Positions 13,153 through 25,821 of a stretch of DNA of 64,000 nt are shown one piece after another. The stretch's first letter is position 1. Every line of letters begins with the position of its first letter. A program made the translations under genes and the position numbers. The notes under the pieces were generated by a model, which did no database searches, was not told where the DNA came from, and worked only from the letters and a program-made list of their open reading frames with translations. The stretch covers positions 2,232,001-2,296,000 of the forward strand of contig NC_043024.1 in NCBI RefSeq assembly GCF_006345805.1. The letters run 5' to 3'. The stretch is from Octopus sinensis. Lineage: Eukaryota.

Positions 13153-13371
13153 CCCGTTAGTGTTCCAATTATTTTATCAAACATAATGCTTATTGATTCC
13201 CATTGATTTGAATTAATCATGCATTATCTCATATCTTCAAGATCTTGATGGTGTAATTACTTAATGTAGAATAACATTGTAGGGTAGGTGTGAGAGCCTG
13301 GATCTGGTCAGTTTGAACATAAAACAGATTAAATATTTTGGCCGGATATGGCCGGTTTAAATACTAAAGGG
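13153..13371. mobile_element. piggyBac-type MITE
   Basis: TTAA|CCC..GGG|TTAA. Related fragments at 45815-45900, 46370-46800, 47660-47760 and 60900-61070; a different TTAA family occurs at 34602-34823. Confidence 0.7.
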
Positions 13372-14984
13372 TTAAAGCCATAGCTTTATTTTGGAACAGT
13401 CAATATCATTGAGTGATTGATTGTGCTTGCAGACCACTTAGAATAGATACAGCATTATTGGTGCCAAGCAGTAATGAAGAATGAACGAGATTTAGGTTAG
13501 TTAAAATATGTTAGTGACATATTTCACTCTGGGATAGAGAAAAAGGAGGCGTTGGGAGGAAGGCAGTGGATTGGGGTACGCTATGAATTTATTATATTAT
13601 TATAGTATTGTATACAAATTATATAATATTATATTGAACATCAAATGATTCATAGTATATATAAATTAGTAGAATATAAAATATTTATTTATGCATAAAA
13701 ATAGGGGTGGGGCGCTGAGGGTGTTATTTGGCCATGAGGTGGGGTTAAGAAGTTTGAGAACCTCTGCTGTTGATGAATGTTTCTCGTTTAAGGTCAAGAT
13801 TACTACCCAGTCCAGAAGTTGAACTGACTATCTCATGATTATAATTGTAGCCCAATGCATTAACCACTAGGCCATATACCTTCACACACACACACACACA
13901 CACACACACAGTGGTAAATACACTCCTCTTATATAAAGGGAAAAACTTCATCCATGGCTGTGTAGTTAGAAGTTTGCTTCCCAACCACATGGTTCTGGGT
14001 TCAGTCCCATTGCGTGGCAGCTTAGGTAAGTGTCTTCTGCTATAGCCTCGGACCGACCAAAGCATTGAAAGTGGATTTGGTAGATAGAAACTGATAAGAG
14101 CTTGTTGTGTATATACATACACAAGGTCGTATCAAAAAGTTCCCAGACTAGTTATGTTTAATAAAAAATAACTTATTTACCTAAGATAATCAAGATATAG
14201 GCATAGGAGTGACTGTGTGGTAAGTAGCTTGCTTACCAACCACATGATTCCGGGTTCAGTGCCACTATATGGCACCTTGGGCAAGTGTCTTCTACTATAG
14301 CCTCGGACCGACCAAAGCCTTGGAGTGGATTTGGTAGACGGAAACTGAAAGAAGCCTGTTGTATATATGTATCATCATCATCATCGTTTAACTTCTGTTC
14401 TCCATGCTGGCATGGGATGGACGGTTCGACTGGGGTCTGGGAAGCCAGGAGGCTGGACCAGGCTCCTGTCTGATCTGGCAATGTTTCTATGGCTGGATGC
14501 CCTTCCTAACGCCAACCACTCCGTGAGTGTAGTGGGTGTTTTTTACGTGCCAGGTAAGGCTGGCAACGGCCGCGATCGGTTGGTGCTTTTTACGGGCCAC
14601 CGGCATGGACGCCACATGGGGCGGCACTGGCAACGGCCACGTTCAGATGGTTCTTTATGTGCCACCGGCACTGGTATCACAACTGCAAATTCCATTGATT
14701 TTTTTAGTGATTTCCATTCTGATTTCACTTGCTTCAACAGGTCTTATGTATATATATATGTATGTGTGTCTGTGTTTGTCCCCCCAACATCGCTTGACAA
14801 TCGATGCTGGTGTGTTTACGTCCCCGTAACTTAGCGGTTCGGCAAAGAGACCGATAGAATAAAATACTAGGCTTACAAAGAATAAGTCCTGGGGTCGATA
14901 TGCTTGACTTAAGGCGGTGCTCCAGCATGGCCACAGTCAAATGACTGAAACAAATATAAGAAGACCAATATATGTTGGGGGGGG

Positions 14985-15033
<49 letters not shown>

Positions 15034-18000
15034 CATATACATATATACAACAGGCTTCTTTCAGTTTCCGTCTACCAAATCCACTCACAAGGCATTGGTC
15101 GGCCCAAGGCTATAGCAGAAGACACTTGCCCAAGGTGCCATGCAGTGGGACTGAACCCGGAACCATGTGGTTGGTTAGCAAGCTACTTACCACACAGCCA
15201 CTCCTGCGCCTATATGTATAAATGTGTGTTTTTGTATACATGTCAGGGAGTGGATGTATATGCATATTAGTGTGTCTGTGTATATGTATATTTATGAGTA
15301 TGTATGTACATATGTATGGGGGGGGGTATATATGTCAGGAAGTGGATGCATATGTTTATTAGTACGTGTGTGTGTGTGTGTGTGTGTGTCAGCACATTTG
15401 AGTGTGTGTGTATACATAACTGTCAGTGAATATGTCAGTGTGGGGGGGGTGTCTCTGTGGGGGAGATGCATACAAGATATAAGTGTCAATGACTCTGTGT
15501 GTATTTCTCTCTCTCACTCTCACTCACTTAACTTATACTCCTATGCACACACTCACTCACACTCACACTCATTAAGCTGGTGTCCCTTCCCTCTGCCCCC
15601 CCCCCTTGCAGCTGACTGACTGAGTTCACAACAATAGGGTGTTGATTAGCTGATGATGATGATGATGATGATGATGGTGATGGTGTGGGCATGAAGTGGG
15701 AACAATGGGTGTGTCATGTTGATGACAAAGCTGGTGGTGGAGGTGGTGGCAGCGGTGGGGAGGCCGGGGTGAGGGGGAGGAGATATTGTTAATGATGCTT
15801 ATGGTAGTGGTGGTGGTGGTAGTGGAGGTTATTGTCCTGGTTGGTGGTGGTGGTGGTGGTGGTGACGGTGGTGTAGGTGACGGTGGTGGTGGTGGTGGTG
15901 GTGGAGGTTATTGTCACTGTTGGTGGGTGGTGGCGGCGGTGATGGTGGTGGTGGTGTGGTGTGGTGGCGGTGGTCATGGTCATGGTGGGAGCAGGTTGTA
16001 GCTAAGGATATTGTTAGTGGTGCTTGTGGTGGTGACTGGAGGATGGTGGTGGTGGTAGTGGTGGCGAAGATGGTGAGGTGTGGGGGGGAAGCGTTGGGCC
16101 TGAGTGTTGGTTGGGAGGAGGAGGGGGGGGCGAATGTACAGGGGAGTTTCCTGATGTAGAAGGAATCTATGACTTGACCTAACTACCAGATATAAACAAC
16201 ACAGCCATTGTATATATGTGTGTATATATATGTGTGTGTGTGTGTGTGTGCTCATGTGATTAGAACAAGATGTGGTAGATTTATACAGTGTTCCCACTCT
16301 CTCACTCTCTCTCTCTTTTCTCCAGGGAGGTTTGGGTTGGTAGGGTGGGGGCCACAGGAACCTGTCATAAATTGCTAGAAAGTCTCTAACCTGGTTGTTG
16401 CCTCGCCAGCTGGAAATAGCAGCTAAGTCTTCTTCCTTTTAAAGGAAAAAGATAAAAAAAAAAGGAAGGATTCTTTTTGGATAATGCATTTCGTTTGAAA
16501 TGTTCCATGTTTGATTAAAAGACCTGGGTGGATGGTTGGGTGGGTGGGTGAAGATTTGGATCATAGGTCAACTGGATCAAGACTGACCTAGGGTTAAATA
16601 GCAACAATCCTCACTCTCTCTCTTTCACCTTCTCTCCCTCTCTTTCACCTTCCCTCCCTCTTTCTTCCCCTCACTTTCTCCCCCTCTCTCCTCCCTCTCT
16701 CTTTCTCCCCCATCTCTCTTTCTCCTCCCATCTCTCCTCCCTCATCTCTCATCCCCTCTCTCTTTCTCCCTCCCTCTCCTTCTCACCGCTCTTTTATTCT
16801 TTTAAAAAAAAATTAAGATCAGGGAGTATTTTGGAGTTAAAAAGAACTTCTTCATTGCCACTGAAGTTGCTAGAAATAGCAGCCATACCCCTCTCCACCA
16901 TCCATACTCTATCTCAAAATACAAAAAGCAACAAACAATACTGTCATGGTCATCATCCTCATCATCATAACAATCTCTTTTCCATCCTTGCAAATATCAG
17001 ACGCAATTTGTTGAGCAAGATCTTCTACAGCCCCATAATGCCTTCCCAGTTGCCAACTCTCACCTATTTCCAAATAAGGTCATATTTCCCCACGACCTGA
17101 CATGTTTTTATGGAATGACTGGAAATGAAGGACACCGTTTATATCATCATCATCATCATCATCATACTCTTTACTCTTTTACTTGTTTCAGTCATTTGAC
17201 TGCGGCCATGCTGGAGTACCACCTTTAGTCGAGCAAATCGACCCCGGGACTTATTCTTTGTAAGCCCAGTACTTATTCTATCGGTCTCTTTTTGCCGAAT
17301 CGCTAAGTGGCGGGAACGTAAACACACCAGCATCGGTTGTCAAGCGATGCTAGGGAGACAAACATACAAACACATACACACACACACATATATATATATA
17401 TACGACGGGCTTCTTTCAGTTTCCGTCTACCAAATTCACTCACAAGGCATTGGTCGGCCCAAGGCTATAGCAGAAGACACTTGCCCAAGGTGCCACGCAG
17501 TGGGACTGAACCCGGAACCATGTGGTTGGTAAACAAGCTACTTACCACACAGCCACTCCTGCACCTATTCATCATTTAATGTCCTCCTTTTGTGTTGCCA
17601 TGGATCGGGTGGTTCGACAGTGTCTCCGGGAGGTTATAGAAGAGATGAATCCAAACTACATGCAGTGGGATTGAACTTAGAATATTTCGGTTGTAAAATG
17701 GACTTCTTAACTCCAGATGTAGCTCTGTGGTTTCAGGTTCTGTCCCTCTGCTTGGCACCTTAGGCAAGTGTTGTCTATTATACTCCTGGACTGACTCATG
17801 CCTTGGGAGTGAATTCGTTAGACAGAAACTGTATGAAAGGCAGTGAGCTGGCAGACACCTTAGCGCGCCGGGTGAAATGCTTAGCGGTATTTTGTCTGCC
17901 GTTACGTTCTGAGTTCAAATTCCGCTGAGGTCGACTTTGCCTTTCATCCTTTTGGGGTCGATAATATAAAGTACCAGTTACGCACTGGGGTCGATATAAT

Positions 18001-18747
18001 CGACTTAATCCGTTTGTCTGTCCTTGTTTGTCCCCTCTGTGTTTAGCCCCTTGTGGGTAGTAAAGAAATAGGTATTTCGTCTGTCGCTACGTTCTGAGTT
18101 CAAATTCTGCCGAGGTCAACTTTGCACTAGGGTTGATGTAATCAACTTAATCCCTTTGTCTGTCCTTGTTTATCCCGTCTATGTTTAGCCCCTTTTGGGC
18201 AGTAAAGAAATAAGAAACTGTATGAAAGCCGATCATGTGTGTGAGCGCACACGTGTGTGTATGTGTGTGTGTGTTTAAACCTGGTACTTATTTTATTGGT
18301 CTCTGTTGTTGAACTGCTAAGTTACGGAGACATAAATGAACTAACACTGATTGTCAAGTGCTGGTCAACGACAAACAGAACCCAATCTCAAACACACTTA
18401 TGTTTCTGCATGGAATATGATACGCAGATTGCTGTATGTGTGTGTGTGTGTATCAGTGTGTGTGTGTATCAGTGTGTGTGTGTATCAGTGTGTGTGTGTA
18501 TCAGTGTGTGTGTGTATCAGTGTGTGTGTGTATCAGTGTGTGTATGTTCTTGTCTCCTTGTCCTGACATTGCGTCATGTTGTAAATGAACGTCATTTATT
18601 TCCAATATTCTGCTAAAATGTTTCTGGCCATGAGAGGAAACATTACCTTGCTTGGAAACCAGGAAGGGTTGGCGACAGGAAAGGCATCCGGCCGTAGAAA
18701 AACTGCTTCTATAAACTCTGGATGACTGATGCAAAGATGGAAAACTG

Positions 18748-19147
18748 GGATCTCTCTGGTTTGAACGGCAGTTTTTTCTAGTGGTGTCATATGAAATTGT
18801 CACCCATAATTATGACCCTAGTATCGATCTATTGCATTTCAATCTGTTTTAGGGTTAGAGTTAGGGGTGGGGGGAAGGGTATCTTTTTTTCTTCAGAAAT
18901 GTAAATAAACCCAATCTGTTTCTTAAACGAGGGACATATTCATACGGCACAGAATGTTTTCACCTCAATAGACGTCATTGATTGGTTGAAATTGCAGAAA
19001 TTGAAGAAAAAAAAACAACAAATATCTTACAAACTATTGAATTTTCTCAATAAAGCCAAGAGAAAAATATGTTTTATAAACATATTCTACCAGTATACGA
19101 AGTTTAAAAGTGTTTTTAAAAAACTGCCGGTCAAACCAAAAAGATCC
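18748..19147. mobile_element. MITE with GGATC.. TIRs and 8-bp TSD
   Basis: TIR GGATCTTTTCGGTTTGAACGGCAGTTTT consensus; flanks GAAAACTG/GAAAAGTG. Confidence 0.8.
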
Positions 19148-19396
19148 GAAAAGTGGACCTCAAAATGATGATAGTGATAAGATGGAAGGACTGAATTATT
19201 TAAGGATTAATTATCAGTTCATATCCACAGATAAATCTTTAAAAATGTCTTAGCCCGAAGGCCGCGGCCATGCTGGGGCACAACCGCTGATATTTGTTTT
19301 TTTTTTAGTTTTTAATTTTCACTTTTCCGTTTCTTTTTTATTTTATCTCCAAGCTGTAAAATCATAATTAATTATCTAAATTTTCCTTCGTTACAG

Positions 19397-19553
19397 GGCA
19401 AAAATAATTATCCATTACAAGAAGATTTGAAAGGTTTACAAGCATTAATCTCTTCATGTCGGCATTTGACACACTTAAATCTGAGCGGCATCCACTCACA
19501 TTATCTTCGTCACAATGAAACCACAATTTGCGATGCGCTTGCCGAGCTTCCTG
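19397..19553 (+). CDS. FBXL18: FBXL18-like exon (GKNNYP...LQALISSCRHLTHLNLSGIHSH...LAELP)
   Basis: ttacag| and G|gtaaga boundaries; LRR matching the recalled FBXL18 segment LETLVASCCNLRHLNLSAAHHH. Confidence 0.88.
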
Positions 19554-20434
19554 GTAAGAGTTATCTCCTCTTATATTGCCTCAAGTCTCCCAGAGTTGTC
19601 TTCTCTTCTCCTGTCCTTGTGCTTCTCTTCCAGAAATCAGTTTTTATTCTTCGTCTGTTCGTTGTATCTTACTTTTCGCTTGTTTCAGTCATTAGACTGT
19701 GGCCATGCTGGGGCACCGCCACGAAGAATTTTTAGTTGAATAAATTAACCCCAGTCTCTTTTGCTGGATGGATTAGGACGAGATTTTCAGGGCCTGAACT
19801 GACTAGATTTTGGAGTTAATCCAGATCAACCCCAAAATACCGGATAAGGGATTCTGGATTATTTTTCCTGTTTATTGGTCTCTTTGCCAAACTGCTAAGT
19901 ACACCAACAATGGCGGGATGAGGGGGTCAAGCAGTGAGGAGGCGGGGCGCAAACAAACCCACACACACAAAACAAACGAACTTCTTTCAGTTTCTGTTTA
20001 CCAAATCCACTGACTTTGATCAGCCCAGGGCTACAGTAGAAGACCTTTACCCCAAGTGCCACTTGAGAAGCAAACTTCTCACCACTTAGCCATGCCTGTG
20101 CCTGTGATATACCACGGGATAAACCTATTATTTTTCAGGCAGCATTGCATGACTTTTATCTTTAACTTGTTTTAGGCATTGGACTATGGCCATGCTGGAG
20201 CATAGTCAAATAAATCAATTCCAAATTAGAATCATTACTGTGCCAGGTAAAAAAGAATGGTTAATAGCATTTCTACTGGTGTTACATTCTGAGTTCAAAT
20301 GCTGGTGAGGTCAGCATTGCCATTCATATTTTCGGGGTTGATAAAATAAATACTGATTGAGTACTCCTTCTCCCTAAAATTGCTGGACTTTGAAACTAAT
20401 AATCAGATGTCCCCTTTTTTTTCTCTTTGTGTAG

Positions 20435-20574
20435 GTTTGAAGTCCCTGGCTCTCTCATCCTGTGCTGTTGTCCATAAACATTCTGATGCCAGAGAACATA
20501 CGTTCAATATCAAATTAGATGAAGTACCAGCCAAGAAACGCCGCATGTCATGGATGGAACCAAATAGTCCCTTC
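20435..20574 (+). CDS. FBXL18: FBXL18-like exon (LKSLALSSC...KKRRMSWMEPNSPF)
   Basis: gtgtag| and TTC|gtaagt; phase 1 in, phase 0 out, consistent with both neighbours. Confidence 0.88.
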
Positions 20575-21334
20575 GTAAGTGGGCCTTTTTTCTCATCATT
20601 GTATGTAACACTCTCTTAGGGGACTGAGAAAACCTAATTAATTTGATGGCAGGTCAAGTCCAGTGCGGCGAGCTGGCAGAAACGTTAGCACGCCGGGCGA
20701 AATGTGTAGCCATATTTCGTCTGAACCCAAGACCATATGCTTAGGAAGCCAGCTTCTTAACCACACAGCGATGCCTGAACCTAAACAGCAAGTCAACCAC
20801 GATGAAACACGAACTTGCAGTCTTCTTCTTCAAAGTTAGATGCCTTATCTATTAGAATATTTTTTTTTTTATTCAATTATGCATTTCAACTGAAAAGCTA
20901 TGGCCCAGGAAATAGTGCCAGGAATCAAACCTTAGACTACCTGGGTGAAAGCCAGGAATCCTTATTATTTTCCCCCGGAAAAACTGGCAGAAACGTTAGC
21001 ACACCGGGCAAGATGCTTAGCGGTATTTCATCTGCCGTTACTGGGGTCGATGTAATCGACTCAATTCCTTTGTCTGTCCTTGTTCGACCTCTCTGTGTTT
21101 AGCCCCTTGTGGATAGTAAAGAAATAGGTATTTCATCTGCCGTTACGTTCTGAGTTCAAATTCTGCCGAGGTCAACTTTACCTTTCATCCTTTTGGGGTC
21201 AATAAAATAAATACTAGTTGCGCACTGGGGTCGATGTAATTGACTCAATTCCTTTGTCCTTGTTTATCCCCTCTATGTTTAGCCGCTTGTGGGCAATAAG
21301 GAATAAAATTATTTTCCCCTTCTTTCTTTTGCAG

Positions 21335-21537
21335 TCAGAGCTTTCCTCTGATGTGAACCTCTACTCCACTGATTCACTCTCATCTGGTGCAACAACCAAC
21401 TCCAGCTGCCAAGATTTGGAAACTTTGGTGAAGGGCTGCCCCAACATGGAACATTTTGAACTCATTACACCCAACTTCTATTCAGTTTTCCATAAAGTTC
21501 TTGGAATGTGTACGAGGGAACAGAATTTCTATGCTTG
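21335..21537 (+). CDS. FBXL18: FBXL18-like exon (SELSS...LVKGCPNMEHFELITPNF...FYA)
   Basis: ttgcag| and TG|gtatgt; matches the recalled LLKNLPFLEHLELIGSNF segment. Confidence 0.88.
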
Positions 21538-21611
21538 GTATGTATTGCCTTTTTATATTTCTGTTTTAAAATATTTTAAACCCTTTTGTTATCATATAGT
21601 AGAAGACACCT

Positions 21612-21863
21612 TGTGAAAGGTAGGAGAGTCCAGTTTGCTGGACATTGTTGTAGAGCTGAAAAAGAGGTAATTTCTACTCTCCTCCTCTGGAAGCCATCTA
21701 CTCGCGATACCAGAGGGCACACACTCTCCTACCCTGATGTAATCTCCAGGGTTACAGGCATCCAGCAACAGGACCTCTGTAATGCTATGATGGACCGTGA
21801 AGTCTGGCGTAGCATGGTAAATTCCATTGTCTCGACCACGGTCGAACAATGATGATGATGATG
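21612..21863 (+). mobile_element. 5'-truncated RTE-clade LINE 3' end
   Basis: RRVQFAGHCCRAE..MDREVWRSMV followed by a (GAT)n tail; 11-bp TSD AGAAGACACCT (21601-21611, 21864-21874) inside a family C SINE. Confidence 0.85.
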
Positions 21864-22374
21864 AGAAGACACCTGCCCAAGGTGCCATGCAGTGCGTCTG
21901 AACCCAGAACCATAATGCTAAGCCGATGTTTGAGACATAAAATTAATGCGAAATTTTGAAGGAAAGTTTTACTTCAGATCCTCTTAAAAGTTTGTAGTAT
22001 AGAATCAGGGATGTCTCAGGTGGATTGATATCAAAAGGGCTCAACACTTGGTTGAGGCTGTTGACCAAGAGGGGCACCTCATTCTTTGAATGTCTTGTGA
22101 GGGTATATATACATGATCGGTCAACCTGCAGGAACTTGTTCCTTCAGGATGGTCATAACTGGAATATGTACATGTTTGATGATAGGCCTACGGGATCAGA
22201 GCTGGCATGATAGCCACTACGTGGTCTTTTGACCTGCTAGAAATAGCCACCATACTATTAAACCACACTCTCCAACCCATGCACGTATGGGAAAGTGGAC
22301 GTTGAATGATGATGATAATGATTAAACCATGTCTATATATGTTGTTATATGAGTACCTCCCTTTGTTGTTGTAC

Positions 22375-22550
22375 GAGTACCCTTTTGTTGTTTAGAAGTA
22401 CCTTTCCATTGCTACATGAGTACCCTTTTGTTGTTTACAAGTACCTTTCCATTGCTACATGAGTACCTTTTGTTGTTTACAAGTACCTTTCCATTGCTAC
22501 ATAAGTACCTTTTGTTGTTTACAAGTACCTTTCCATTGCTACATGTGTAC
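22375..22550. repeat. 42-43-bp minisatellite x4
   Basis: GAGTACCTTTTGTTGTTTACAAGTACCTTTCCATTGCTACAT units ending about 20 bp before the 22570 exon. Confidence 0.9.
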
Positions 22551-22569
22551 CCTTCTATTATACCTTCAG

Positions 22570-22658
22570 TGAACCCTCTCGCCAGTTACATGAAAGTCAG
22601 TTAATGTGGATTGGTCACTGGAGAAACCTTCGTTATCTTCAATTAACTGGAATTCCAG
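22570..22658 (+). CDS. FBXL18: FBXL18-like exon (EPSRQLHESQLMWIGHWRNLRYLQLTGIP)
   Basis: ccttcag| and CAG|gttcgt; phase 2 in, phase 1 out fits both neighbours; LRR similar to the recalled AIGQLAFLRHLTLAQLP. Absent from the ORF track in this frame. Confidence 0.88.
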
Positions 22659-23617
22659 GTTCGTTAAATTTCTGTTCCACTGGTTTTTGTGTTATTCTTC
22701 ATCATTTTCACAAGAAAATTTTCATTCTTTAAACGGTAGGTGGTCAGTTCATTCCATGTTTTGCAGTGGAATGTGGTCAGTTACATTCATTTTTCTTTTA
22801 TGTGGGGAATCAGTTGATTCCCTATTTTTCATGAGGGCTGGTCAGTAAAGGGCAGCCGAAACTAAACTGAGTCTCGTTATCTCAATGGGATAGAAGCACT
22901 TCGTCGGTTACAACGACGAGGGTTCCGGTTGATTCGAATCAACAGAACAGCCTGCTCGTGAAATTAACGTGTAAGTGGCTGAGCACTCCACAGACATGTG
23001 TACCCTTAACGTAGTTCTCGGGGATATTCAGCGTGACACAGAGAGTGACAAGGCCGGCTCTTTGAAATACGGGTACAACAGAAACAGGAAGTAAGAGTGA
23101 GAGAAAGTTGTGGTGAAAGAGTACAGCAGGGATCACCACCATCCCCTGCCGGAGCCTCGTGGAGCTTTTAGGGGTTTTCGCTCAATAAACACTCTCAACG
23201 CCTGGTCTGGGAATCAAAACCGCGATCCTACGACCGCGAGTCCGCTGCCCTAACCACTGGGCCATTGCGCCTCCGTTATCTCAACAAGACTCAGCTTAGC
23301 TAAACACCATATGGAAAAGCAGCTTCATTAGTTTTCCAACAAGAATCAGAGTATACGAGTCCCTGGTGACTTCAATCCTTCTGTTGATTTTGAGAGTTGA
23401 ACTCTTACAGCTGACTAGGAGCAAAGAATCCAGCCGTTTGAACACAAGTGCTTCAGAAGGCTGCTACACATCCTATACACAGAGCACAAAACAAACAGCT
23501 TTTTCAGGCAACAAGTCAACTTGTGTTAGTAAAAGGACAAAAGCTTGCATAGCGCAGTTACATATCCTGCCTCAACTCCTTGTCAAAAACCATTTTTTTT
23601 TTTGTTTCTTCTTTCAG

Positions 23618-23771
23618 AAATTCGTCTTGGAACCAGCCTGGTCTCAATCTGTAAACACTGCATCCACTTAGAAAGACTTCACCTGGCTCAGCTAGGCTTA
23701 CCTGGTCACATTACATACCATTCTAACCTATGTAAAGCATTAACCCACTGCAAACAGCTGAAAGATTTCAG
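23618..23771 (+). CDS. FBXL18: FBXL18-like exon (IRLGTSLVSICKHC...HCKQLKDF)
   Basis: ctttcag| and AG|gtaaaa; resembles the recalled LKHCKRLRDLR segment. Confidence 0.9.
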
Positions 23772-24081
23772 GTAAAAGATATTGGCAATTAAAATAATAA
23801 TGATCTTTGTGTATGTGTGTGTGTGAGAGAGAGAGAGGAATATATAAAAGCATAAAGTCAGGAGGTGTGAGGAGTGGATGCATATTTATCTAACCATGTG
23901 ACTTCCATAGGGTTACAGCTGTTTCACAACCTTCATGTAGTGTTGATTTCAGTATGGAAGTTATTATTTATACATGTTTGCATTAATATGTGCAAATGGT
24001 TGAATAAATATATACTCGCTTCTCATACCTCCTAACATTACTCATGTATATGAAATATATGAAACATAGTGTGTGTGTGTG

Positions 24082-24120
<39 letters not shown>

Positions 24121-24188
24121 TGGGTGTGTGTGTTTATATACATGGGTGTCTGTTATATATATATATATATATGCATAGGTGTGTGTTT

Positions 24189-24228
<40 letters not shown>

Positions 24229-24465
24229 ATTTAGGGTAGAAATTGATATTTATCAATTAGAACCAGTGGTCTAGCATATTAAAGAATCCGAAGATTAAAA
24301 TATTTATATGTACCAATTAAGGACTGAACACGAAAAGTGGACAGTCAACATGCTAGATATAGACGTCAAATCGCCATTCTCCACAAAAAAGTTTATGTTC
24401 TCAGATCAAACTCAACACAAAACCAAAGCAATAAACAAGTGAAAATATACGAAATAAATATTTAC

Positions 24466-24531
24466 CCATGTACTAAATTTAGTTTCGGCTGTTATTTTCC
24501 GCAAGGAAAAGTGCAGCCATCATCAGCATGG
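24466..24531 (-). ncRNA. Type I hammerhead ribozyme motif (Penelope pLTR-like)
   Basis: CCATG-CTGATGA-T-GGCTG..CAGCC-GAAA-CTAAATTTAG-TA-CATGG: stems I, II and III pair, and the core and GUA triplet are intact. Confidence 0.8.
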
Positions 24532-25010
24532 TCCCATATAAAATGCAATTTGCTGGACTAGATGCCAACACAATACCGAAATATCGCGTGCATGGAGTAC
24601 GGCCTATTATATTTGAAATATATATTTCAAATGTCTTTACTTTTGGCGCTATGAGACCCGAGAAAATGGTTGAATAAATATATTGACTGTCCACTTTTCG
24701 TGTTCAGTCCTTAATTGGTATATATAAATATTTTAATCTTCGGATTCTTTCTTTAATATGCTAGACCACTGGTTCTAATTGATAAATATCAATTTCTACC
24801 CTAAATTTAATTTTATATAAATATTTGTTCTCTAACCGATAAATTAACTGCTGCTAACTATTAGCTGCAGGCTAGTTTTCTCGAGTCTCATAGCGCCAAA
24901 AGTAAAGACATTTGAAATATACATTTCAAATGTAATAGGCCATACTCCATGCACGCGATATTTCGGTATCGTGTTGGCATCTAGTCCAGCAAATTGCATT
25001 TTATATGGGA

Positions 25011-25076
25011 CCATGCTGATGATGGCTGCACTTTTCCTTGCGGAAAATAACAGCCGAAACTGAATTTAGTACATGG
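25011..25076 (+). ncRNA. Type I hammerhead ribozyme motif (second, inverted copy)
   Basis: CCATG CTGATGA T GGCTG(22 nt)CAGCC GAAA CTGAATTTAG TA CATGG; predicted cleavage after A25071. Confidence 0.8.
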
Positions 25077-25226
25077 GTAAATATTTATTTCGTATATTTT
25101 CACTTGTTTATTGTTTTGGTTTTGTGTTGAGTTTGATCTGAGAACATAGACTTTTTGTGGAGAATGGCGATTTGACGTCTATATCTAGCATGTTGACTGT
25201 CCACTTTTCGTGTTCAGTCCTTAATT

Positions 25227-25278
<52 letters not shown>

Positions 25279-25522
25279 TAGATGTGTGTACTTATATATA
25301 TATGCATGGATGTGTGTGTTTATATATATATATGCATACGTGTGTGTACTTATGTATATGCATGGATGTGTGTGTTTATATACGTGTGTGTATATATTTG
25401 TGAGTTTCTATATGAGTGTGTGTGTGTATATATATATAATATATATACATATACAGATACATGTATAATGTGTATATATGTGTGTGTGTGTGTGTGTATA
25501 AACATGTTTTTGTATATACATA

Positions 25523-25628
25523 CCATCACACTCCTCCACCTCCATCACACTCCTCCACCTCCATCACACTCCTCCACCTCCATCACACTCCTCCACCTCC
25601 ATCACACTCCTCCACCTCCATCACACCA
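25523..25628. repeat. 19-bp minisatellite x5
   Basis: CCATCACACTCCTCCACCT units. Confidence 0.9.
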
Positions 25629-25685
25629 CTCCTTATTGTATCTTTGTATCCTTTAATTCTTTTTTTTTTTTCTTGTCCTCCACAG

Positions 25686-25821
25686 AATAGAACAACCCAA
25701 CATGAAACTCAATGAAACCTTTTTCCGTTCCTTGTGGAGTTGTCCGGAACTGGAGAGAGTCTGTGTGGCCAGTAACAGGAGTACCTACGATTCCGTCTTG
25801 ATCGACCAGTTACTGTCTATG
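25686..25821 (+). CDS. FBXL18: FBXL18-like exon (IEQPNMKLNETFFRSLWSCPELERVCV...LLSM)
   Basis: ccacag| and ATG|gtgagt; resembles the recalled LEQPYFSANAQFFQALSQCPSLQRLCL. Confidence 0.9.

Larger units (their letters stand above)
24221..25234. mobile_element. Inverted pair of pLTR-like repeats carrying hammerheads
   Basis: 24305-24666 is the reverse complement of 24876-25234; 24216-24348 is also inverted at 24683-24819. Confidence 0.75.

Noticed and set aside
16300-16400. Strong acceptor-like tctctcttttctccag|G as an extra FBXL18 exon
   Set aside because: Downstream frame hits a stop, the sequence is repeat-like, and no phase-compatible donor was found.
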